From a virus: a stretch of DNA of 64,000 nucleotides. The notes below the pieces were generated by a model, which was not told the origin of the DNA, searched no databases, and saw only the letters and a list, made by a program, of their open reading frames with translations. Made by a program: the position numbers and the translations under genes. Below are positions 56,884 through 64,000 of this stretch, in pieces. Position 1 is the stretch's first letter. Each line of letters starts with the position of its first letter. Where the stretch lies: the IMG/VR virus record IMGVR_UViG_3300042892_003815, positions 126,951 through 190,950 of that record. One strand, written 5' to 3'.

Positions 56884-58722
56884 ATGAGTTATAGTAGTGA
56901 TAGTTTTTTAAAACCAATTGGTTCTGATAAAAGTATAAGATTTTTTGATAATGATGGAAATTTAACATTTACTTTAAAACCAACATTTATAACTGATGTC
57001 ACTCCAGATGCAAATCTTTTAAAAGTCACACTAAAAAGTGGTAAAATAATTACATTAGATTTTATCAATTTTGATGATACAATAATAGCACAAACTAAAT
57101 TAAATCAACAAATTTCAACATTATTACAAACTAATGAGTACACTGATAATAGTACTCAAGGAGTTGTTGGTTATGTTACTGCACCATTTAGTTACAATAC
57201 ATTTTTAAGACCTATAACAGAGTCTGATAGAAATATTAAGATTATGGGTGTTGATTTAATAGTAAAATATACTGTTGATCCATTTTACATTATAAATACA
57301 AATGTATCCAATAATCTTTTAAAAATAAGTTTAAAAAGTAATAAAGGTATTACTTTAGAATTCTCAACTTTTAATGAATCCAAATTAGCTCTTATTAGAT
57401 TAAGAGAACAAATTGATATTTTAACTACTAAATCTCCAATTTTAATAGATAAGAATATTCAGAACTATATTCAAAGCCAAATCGAACAAGTTGAAACTAT
57501 AGTTGGACCTACTGGACCACAAGGTTTAACCGGTTCTACAGGTTCAGCAGATAGATACTTTGCAACTTCAAGTACAACTTTTGAAGTTCCTATTATTGGG
57601 GAGTATGTTGAATTATCAACACAACCATATTTGGCTTATACATCAGTACAGAATGTTGTTATTTATAGTGACTTACCTAACTTATATAATTCTGACTATG
57701 AAGTAGATGGTGCTTATCTTATAGGACAAATAGATAGTTATGATTCAGAAACTGGTGATATGTCACTAGTAACCACCTTTTCATATGGTAGTGGAACTTA
57801 TAGCTTTTGGTATCTTAATTTAAGTGGTATGCTTGCTGATACTGCGACAGGAGCAACAGGTTCTAATGGTACATCAGGTACATCAGGTACAAGTGGTTCT
57901 GAAGGTATTCAAGGTTTACAAGGTATTCAAGGTCCGATTGGTCCAACTGGTGCAGCTGGTTTACAAGGTCCGATTGGTCCTACAGGTTCTGATGGTATAA
58001 TTGGTGTTGATGGAACTTCTGGGACCAGTGGTATTGATGGAACTTCCGGAACCAGTGGTATTGATGGAACTTCTGGAACCAGTGGTATTGATGGAACTTC
58101 CGGAACCAGTGGTATTGATGGAACTTCTGGCTCTTCTGGTACATCCGGTATTTCTGGATCTAGTGGTTCATCAGGAACATCTGGCTCTTCTGGTACATCC
58201 GGTATTTCTGGATCTAGTGGTTCATCAGGAACATCTGGCTCTTCTGGTACATCCGGTAGTTCTGGTACATCCGGTACATCTGGTCAAACACCATCCGGAA
58301 ACTGGTCTTTAACGGGTCTTACTGTTTCTGGTACATCTTCTTTTGAAGGATTGACGGTTTTACAAGAGGTAACTGAGGTTATAAACTCAACACCAGCAGC
58401 TACAGCATCTACTGTGGTTTACGATTTTACTACAGGATCAAACTGGTATCACTCTTCAGCAACTACTAATTATATAGCTAACTTCATTAATGTTCCTATA
58501 ACAAATAATAGAGCTATTACTACAAGTATAGTCATTAATCAGGGAGCAACTCCATACATACCAACTGTTCTACAGATAAATAGTGTTTCTCAAACTATAA
58601 AATGGGCCGGTGGAACTGCCAGTGGAACGGCTAACCAAGTGGATATAGTTGGCTTTACATTTATAAGAGATGGTGCTGGTAACTGGGCACAAGTTTTAGG
58701 ACAGATAAATACATTTGACTAA
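56884..58722 (+). CDS. Collagen-like / Gly-Thr-Ser repeat fibre protein, paralogue of 53620..56790
   Basis: Duplicated N-terminal domain (FLxPI…xDxxI), shared [14 protein letters not shown] block, GxY and GTS/GSS tracts. Confidence 0.8.
   Translation: MSYSSDSFLKPIGSDKSIRFFDNDGNLTFTLKPTFITDVTPDANLLKVTLKSGKIITLDFINFDDTIIAQTKLNQQISTLLQTNEYTDNSTQGVVGYVTAPFSYNTFLRPITESDRNIKIMGVDLIVKYTVDPFYIINTNVSNNLLKISLKSNKGITLEFSTFNESKLALIRLREQIDILTTKSPILIDKNIQNYIQSQIEQVETIVGPTGPQGLTGSTGSADRYFATSSTTFEVPIIGEYVELSTQPYLAYTSVQNVVIYSDLPNLYNSDYEVDGAYLIGQIDSYDSETGDMSLVTTFSYGSGTYSFWYLNLSGMLADTATGATGSNGTSGTSGTSGSEGIQGLQGIQGPIGPTGAAGLQGPIGPTGSDGIIGVDGTSGTSGIDGTSGTSGIDGTSGTSGIDGTSGTSGIDGTSGSSGTSGISGSSGSSGTSGSSGTSGISGSSGSSGTSGSSGTSGSSGTSGTSGQTPSGNWSLTGLTVSGTSSFEGLTVLQEVTEVINSTPAATASTVVYDFTTGSNWYHSSATTNYIANFINVPITNNRAITTSIVINQGATPYIPTVLQINSVSQTIKWAGGTASGTANQVDIVGFTFIRDGAGNWAQVLGQINTFD
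58006..58290 (+). repeat. 27-bp GIDGTSGTS repeats followed by GSS/GTS repeats
   Basis: GATGGAACTTCYGGRACCAGTGGTATT about 4 times, then TCTGGT-based units. Confidence 0.85.
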
Positions 58723-58724
58723 TT

Positions 58725-61412
58725 ATGCTAAGTAGACTTTCAAGTTTCTCAGGACCATTATCAAACCTATTCAGTGCAATAAAAGGATTTACATTACAAG
58801 GTCTAATATTAAGATATGAGTTAAAAGATACCAACTCATATTCATTATCATCAACCGTTACGGATTTAGTTGGAAGTAGTAATGCTACACTTTTAAACGG
58901 ACCGACCTATTCGGTAAATGGATATTTAAACTTTGACGGAGCAAATGACTATTTAATGACAAATACTTCATTAAATTCCAAACTATCACCACCAAATACA
59001 TCAAACGTCATATCAGTATTTCTTTGGGTCTATCCACAAGATAATGGAATTTTTGTTACTGAACAAGGCAGTTCAACTTTGAATAGCGCTTGGCACACTT
59101 CAATAATTGAAATGGTTTCTGGTCAGCTGAAATTTTCAGTTTGGCCACTAACATTTATCATAACATCATCAGTTACCGTCTCTCTTTTCGAATGGTATTA
59201 TGTTGGGTTAACATACGATGGTTCTACACTAAGAGCATATGTAAATGGTCAACAAGTGGGGAGTGCTGTTTTCACAAGGCAAACACCAAATAGTGTAGGT
59301 CAAGAATTACACTATGCAGTGGCTGCTTATGACTTTACAGACTTAGGTGATGAAACATATGCTAAAATGAAATTAGGTGCTTTCCATGTATACAACGCAG
59401 CATTGAGTAATCAACAAGTTTTAAATAATTATAATTATCAGAAATCAAATTATATTTATACAGAAGATATGTTAATTTGGATTGACGCAAATGATCCACA
59501 AAGTTTTAGTGGAGGAACTATTTTTGATATAAGTGGTAATAACTATCATCACTCTTTAACATCAGGCGCTACCTTATCTAACATTGATGGAATAAGGTGT
59601 TTTGATTGTACCAATGGAGATAAAAGAATTGTAGTGAACGGCACAGGTCCGACATTATCAACATCTGGATACACATATGTTGTCTGGGCAAGACTTAATA
59701 GTGATAACTCATTATTTAGAACACTAATTTATACAAAATCACCTCGTTATACTCCAATAACAATTCCTGATTCTACACATCCTGATGCAAACAAATTAGG
59801 ATATTGGGACACTAATTTCAGAAGTTCAGGATATGATATCTCGTCTTTAGTTGGTGTTTGGGTGCAATATTCTGTTGTTGGTGATAATTCATCCCAAACA
59901 TTTTATATAAACGATTATCAAGTTGGAAGTTCAATTTCTTATGGATCTGGCGGAACTTTACATGATGGTTTAGGTAACAATCTTGGATCTTCTCAAGCTT
60001 TTGGTCATGTTGGAAACATGATGCTATATAATAAAAAATTAACACAAGAACAAATTAAACAAAATTATAATGCCTTAAAGCATGTTTACACACCTGGCTT
60101 CGTAACTAATGATTTATTACTAATGTTAGATGCTAATGAAACATCTTCTTATCCTGGCTCTGGAACGACCTGGTATGATATAGCAGGAAGTAGTCAAAAT
60201 ATGACACTTGTTAATTCACCTACCTTTGTATCAGGAACTGTTTCATATTTTGACTTTAATGGAACAACTCAATTTGCTACAGGAACTGGAGTAACGGTTC
60301 CAACAACTGCTTACACAAAATCAGTTTGGTTCTGGGTAGATGCTTATGTTGCTAATAATATAGTCAGTGGTTTTAATAGTGTTGGTGGTCACTTCTTGTA
60401 TATGGGTAATTCCACAAAAATACTTGTCGGTCATCATAATCAGGGTGTTGCTTTTGACACTTATCAGTCTATTAGTTCGATAAGTCTTAATACTTGGTAT
60501 AATGTTACTGTAACATTCAACACTACAAGTGGATTTAAAATATACATAAATGGTCAATTAGATAGTTCGCATAATATGATACTCGCACATTTAGGTAGCG
60601 GCACCACAAACTTAGGAGCTTACTCAAATTCTGGTGATAATTTTATGAATGGTAGAATATCTAAGGTTTATACATATGGTAGGGCTTTAACCGAATCTGA
60701 GGTAGAACAGAACTTCTTTTATGATAGAGAAAAATTTGGAATTGAAATAACCGAGACATTTACAACAGTTGGTTCTACAACTTGGACAACTCCTATTGGT
60801 GTAACATCAGTTGAATATCTTGTTGTAGCCGGAGGTGGTGGTGGTGGAAATGGATATGACAACGCTGGTGGAGGTGGTGGAGCCGGTGGTATGTTACTTA
60901 CTGGTACAATAAATGTTACTCCTGGTCAATCATACACTATAACTGTAGGAGATGGGGGGATAGGTGGAGCTAACGCCAGAGCCAATAATGCTGGAACTGA
61001 CGGTGAAAATAGTGTCTTTGGTAGTATAACTGCGTTAGGTGGTGGAAAAGGTCAGGGTTCAAGAACTGGAGGTGTCGCTGGATCGGCTCAAGTTTCAAAC
61101 ACAACTGCTCCTACTGGTGGAGCTGGTAGTGGTGGTGGAAACGGTGGTAAAGGTGGTGGAGGTGCTGGAGGATCTGGTAGTTCTAATTCAGGTACAACTG
61201 GAGGTGCTGGTGGTTCCGGTGTCTCATCTTCAATTTCAGGAACATCAGTAACTTATGGTGCGGGTGGTGCCGGTGCGAATGCAGGAACACAGAATTCTGG
61301 TGTTAATGGAACATCAAATAGAGGTAATGGTGGTAGAGCTGGTGGTGCGGCAGCTTCAAATTCTACTGTTGGAGGAAATGGTGGTTCTGGTATTGTGATT
61401 ATTAAATATTAA
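58725..61412 (+). CDS. Multi-LamG (concanavalin A-like) lectin protein with C-terminal glycine-rich domain
   Basis: Three repeats of LDA…SYxG…FDGxND…WYxVxxTxxGxxxxxYxNG…YNxALS; terminal EYLVVAGGGGGG…GGSGIVIIKY. Confidence 0.8.
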   Translation: MLSRLSSFSGPLSNLFSAIKGFTLQGLILRYELKDTNSYSLSSTVTDLVGSSNATLLNGPTYSVNGYLNFDGANDYLMTNTSLNSKLSPPNTSNVISVFLWVYPQDNGIFVTEQGSSTLNSAWHTSIIEMVSGQLKFSVWPLTFIITSSVTVSLFEWYYVGLTYDGSTLRAYVNGQQVGSAVFTRQTPNSVGQELHYAVAAYDFTDLGDETYAKMKLGAFHVYNAALSNQQVLNNYNYQKSNYIYTEDMLIWIDANDPQSFSGGTIFDISGNNYHHSLTSGATLSNIDGIRCFDCTNGDKRIVVNGTGPTLSTSGYTYVVWARLNSDNSLFRTLIYTKSPRYTPITIPDSTHPDANKLGYWDTNFRSSGYDISSLVGVWVQYSVVGDNSSQTFYINDYQVGSSISYGSGGTLHDGLGNNLGSSQAFGHVGNMMLYNKKLTQEQIKQNYNALKHVYTPGFVTNDLLLMLDANETSSYPGSGTTWYDIAGSSQNMTLVNSPTFVSGTVSYFDFNGTTQFATGTGVTVPTTAYTKSVWFWVDAYVANNIVSGFNSVGGHFLYMGNSTKILVGHHNQGVAFDTYQSISSISLNTWYNVTVTFNTTSGFKIYINGQLDSSHNMILAHLGSGTTNLGAYSNSGDNFMNGRISKVYTYGRALTESEVEQNFFYDREKFGIEITETFTTVGSTTWTTPIGVTSVEYLVVAGGGGGGNGYDNAGGGGGAGGMLLTGTINVTPGQSYTITVGDGGIGGANARANNAGTDGENSVFGSITALGGGKGQGSRTGGVAGSAQVSNTTAPTGGAGSGGGNGGKGGGGAGGSGSSNSGTTGGAGGSGVSSSISGTSVTYGAGGAGANAGTQNSGVNGTSNRGNGGRAGGAAASNSTVGGNGGSGIVIIKY

Positions 61413-61502
61413 TTTACAGTATTGGTAATTTATTTGTATAGTAGTTTAATATATGTTAAAGATTTAGGATAGTTTGACTTATAACTTTTTATATATAGTA
61501 AT

Positions 61503-64000
61503 ATGAATAACTATGAGATGAATAATATACCGTTTGGTCGTTTAGTACAAGTAGTAGATGGATACTATTATGATGGATATGGTAATCCACTAAATATAGG
61601 AACAGGTACAACATATTCATATCCTAGTGGTGGTACTGGCTCTTCTGGCTCTAGTGGTTCTTCTGGTAGTTCAGGTACAAGTGGAATAGGAATTGATGGT
61701 TCTTCTGGTACATCTGGTACTTCTGGTATTGGCATAAGTGGTTCTTCTGGTACATCTGGTACAAGTGGTTCTTCTGGTACATCTGGTACAAGTGGAATAG
61801 GAATTGATGGTTCTTCTGGTACATCCGGTTCATCCGGTTCATCTGGTAGCTCTGGTACTTCTGGTTCTAGTGGAACTGATGGAACTTCAGGAACCGATGG
61901 AACTAGTGGAACTTCAGGTACTGATGGAACAAGTGGTACTGACGGAACTAGTGGAACTTCTGGTACTGATGGAACAAGTGGTACTGACGGAACTAGTGGA
62001 ACTTCTGGTACATCCGGTTCATCTGGTAGCTCTGGTACTTCTGGCTCTAGTGGAACTTCTGGTTCTAGTGGCTCATCTGGTACATCCGGTTCTTCTGGTA
62101 CATCTGGTAGCTCTGGTACATCTGGTAGCTCCGGTTCTTCTGGTACATCTGGTAGCTCCGGTTCTTCTGGTACATCTGGTAGCTCCGGTTCTTCTGGTAC
62201 ATCCGGTTCTTCTGGTACATCCGGTTCTTCTGGTACATCCGGTTCTTCTGGTTCTTCTGGTTCATCTGGTAGCTCCGGTTCTTCTGGTAGCTCTGGTACA
62301 TCTGGCTCGTCTGGTTCATCTGGTTCATCTGGTACATCTGGTAGCTCTGGTACATCCGGTTCTTCTGGTTCTTCTGGTTCATCTGGTACATCTGGCTCGT
62401 CTGGTTCTTCTGGAAGTTCTGGTACATCTGGCTCGTCTGGTTCTTCTGGTACATCTGGTAGCTCTGGTTCATCTGGAAGTTCTGGTTCATCTGGAAGTTC
62501 TGGTACATCTGGTTCTTCTGGTAGCTCTGGTTCATCTGGAAGCTCTGGTTCATCCGGTTCTTCTGGTAGCTCTGGTACATCTGGTAGCTCTGGTTCATCC
62601 GGTTCTTCTGGTACATCAGGTTTATCTGGGGTAAATGGTGTTGATGGTACATCTGGTTCTTCAGGTACATCTGGAAGTTCCGGCTCAAGTGGTTCATCCG
62701 GTTCATCTGGAAGTTCTGGTACATCTGGTTCTTCTGGAAGTTCTGGTACATCTGGTACTTCTGGTGAAAATGGTATATCGGCAGGTCAGACATACTACTT
62801 TAATGAAAGTCAAAATTCTGATATTTCTGGTTATAAAGTATTATCTACAGATCCAAGCAGTACAACAACTCAGACAATTACAAGAAATCTAACAGGATCA
62901 CAGCAGAATGTTTTAGTTTCCGACTATGTAACACCTCAATTAGGTTTTTCTGTAATCCCCGGAGGAACACAAAGATTTCATTTACATTATTTAAAACAAG
63001 CAAGTAATGATGATATTGATGCTTATGTTGAAATACAATTAGCTGATTCGACAGGAAATCCAATAGGCCCAACAATAAGTACAAATATCGCCTTAATTGG
63101 TTGGGTTAGTTCAGTAATACCGGTTGAAGTTAATGTCGATATAGTATTACCAACAACAACAATCGATCCAACAAACAGGATGATTGTTAGGTTATATCTT
63201 AGTAATAATGATTCAACTGCTCATTCAGTTATTTATTACACGGAAGGAAACTCATATTACTCTTTTGTAATAACATCAGTTGGTGCAATTGCAGGAACTT
63301 CTGGTACAAGTGGTTCTTCTGGAAGTTCAGGTACATCTGGTAGTTCTGGTACATCTGGTTCATCTGGTACATCTGGTTCATCTGGTAGTTCAGGTTCTAG
63401 TGGCTCATCTGGTTCGTCTGGTACATCTGGTAGTTCTGGTTCGTCTGGTACATCTGGTAGTTCTGGTTCATCTGGTTCAAGCGGTTCATCTGGTAGTTCT
63501 GGTACATCTGGTAGTTCTGGTACATCTGGTAGTTCTGGTACATCTGGTTCATCTGGTACATCTGGTTCATCTGGTAGTTCAGGTTCTAGTGGCTCATCTG
63601 GTTCGTCTGGTACATCTGGTAGTTCTGGTACATCTGGTTCTTCAGGTACATCTGGTTCGTCTGGTACAAGTGGTGTAAGTGGGATTGATGGTGCTTCTGG
63701 TACAAGTGGGTCATCTGGAAGTTCAGGTACATCTGGTAGTTCTGGTACATCTGGTAGTTCAGGTACTTCTGGTTCGTCTGGTTCGTCTGGTACATCTGGT
63801 TCTTCTGGAAGTTCAGGTTCTAGTGGTTCATCTGGTACATCTGGAAGTTCAGGTTCATCTGGTTCTAGTGGTTCATCTGGTAGTTCAGGTACTTCTGGTT
63901 CGTCTGGTTCGTCTGGTACATCTGGTTCTTCTGGAAGTTCAGGTTCTAGTGGTTCATCTGGTACATCTGGAAGTTCAGGTTCATCTGGTTCTAGTGGTTC
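61503..64000 (+). CDS. Gly-Ser/Thr tripeptide-repeat fibre protein, running off the window end; not in the ORF track
   Basis: ATG at 61503, 5 nt after TTATATATA. MNNYEMNNIPFGRLVQVVDG… then (GSS/GTS)n, a globular insert (~62760-63295: AGQTYYFNESQ…YSFVITSVG), then more repeats. No in-frame stop seen. Confidence 0.85.
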   Translation, partial: MNNYEMNNIPFGRLVQVVDGYYYDGYGNPLNIGTGTTYSYPSGGTGSSGSSGSSGSSGTSGIGIDGSSGTSGTSGIGISGSSGTSGTSGSSGTSGTSGIGIDGSSGTSGSSGSSGSSGTSGSSGTDGTSGTDGTSGTSGTDGTSGTDGTSGTSGTDGTSGTDGTSGTSGTSGSSGSSGTSGSSGTSGSSGSSGTSGSSGTSGSSGTSGSSGSSGTSGSSGSSGTSGSSGSSGTSGSSGTSGSSGTSGSSGSSGSSGSSGSSGSSGTSGSSGSSGSSGTSGSSGTSGSSGSSGSSGTSGSSGSSGSSGTSGSSGSSGTSGSSGSSGSSGSSGSSGTSGSSGSSGSSGSSGSSGSSGSSGTSGSSGSSGSSGTSGLSGVNGVDGTSGSSGTSGSSGSSGSSGSSGSSGTSGSSGSSGTSGTSGENGISAGQTYYFNESQNSDISGYKVLSTDPSSTTTQTITRNLTGSQQNVLVSDYVTPQLGFSVIPGGTQRFHLHYLKQASNDDIDAYVEIQLADSTGNPIGPTISTNIALIGWVSSVIPVEVNVDIVLPTTTIDPTNRMIVRLYLSNNDSTAHSVIYYTEGNSYYSFVITSVGAIAGTSGTSGSSGSSGTSGSSGTSGSSGTSGSSGSSGSSGSSGSSGTSGSSGSSGTSGSSGSSGSSGSSGSSGTSGSSGTSGSSGTSGSSGTSGSSGSSGSSGSSGSSGTSGSSGTSGSSGTSGSSGTSGVSGIDGASGTSGSSGSSGTSGSSGTSGSSGTSGSSGSSGTSGSSGSSGSSGSSGTSGSSGSSGSSGSSGSSGTSGSSGSSGTSGSSGSSGSSGSSGTSGSSGSSGSSG
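61630..62760 (+). repeat. Low-complexity coding repeat (TCTGGTACA/TCTGGTTCA/TCTGGTAGT 9-mers)
   Basis: Near-continuous 9-bp periodicity. Confidence 0.9.
63295..64000 (+). repeat. Low-complexity coding repeat, second GSS/GTS block
   Basis: 9-bp periodicity with higher-order duplicated blocks. Confidence 0.9.

Noticed and set aside
53620-61412. Diversity-generating retroelement acting on the fibre tips
   Set aside because: No reverse transcriptase and no template/variable repeat pair differing at adenines is visible in this window.
61651-63795. Track ORFs such as MNRMNRMYQKNH…, MMVLLVHPVH… and MYQTNQ…
   Set aside because: Alternate-frame or antisense shadows of the GSS/GTS coding repeat; the real gene is the + frame from 61503.
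57900-64000. Possible CRISPR array or satellite in the periodic DNA
   Set aside because: Repeats are 9/27-bp in-frame coding units without unique spacers, and no cas genes are present.
1-64000. Eukaryotic giant virus (NCLDV) origin suggested by ankyrin and collagen repeats
   Set aside because: T4-like UvsX, gp41 and gp26-like genes, intrinsic terminators, operon coupling and Bacteroidota promoters indicate a bacteriophage.
1-64000. Stop-codon reassignment, as seen in some large phages
   Set aside because: Long conserved genes are intact and coding density is high under the standard code; TAG and TGA occur as genuine stops next to terminators or overlaps.

Overview
A 64 kb AT-rich, densely coding segment of a large T4-like (jumbo) bacteriophage genome, most likely infecting Bacteroidota (Flavobacterium-like). 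The host call rests on TAnnTTTG promoters, A-rich start regions without Shine-Dalgarno motifs, and a T9SS-cargo-like gene. Contents: replication and recombination genes (gp41/DnaB-like helicase, NrdA, UvsX/RecA, RuvC-like nuclease); a Ro60/TROVE gene preceded by two predicted Y-RNA-like structured RNAs and a strong terminator; an early accessory island (~31-42 kb) with three Nudix enzymes plus macro-like, SLOG, phosphoesterase, nucleotidyltransferase, kinase, ligase and M28 peptidase genes, followed by PhoH; and long virion or tail-fibre genes with collagen, Gly-Ser/Thr, LamG, C1q-like and WxxG repeats. Three window-wide patterns stand out: (1) about 19 unrelated proteins share an N-terminal peptide resembling the T4 capsid-targeting sequence; (2) a TWATATATA late-promoter-like element sits 4-5 nt before the ATG of at least 13 genes, suggesting leaderless mRNAs; (3) many small proteins share an R-x-x-K-I/L-x-x-L motif. 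All functional calls come from motif recognition by eye; no database searches or folding programs were run.
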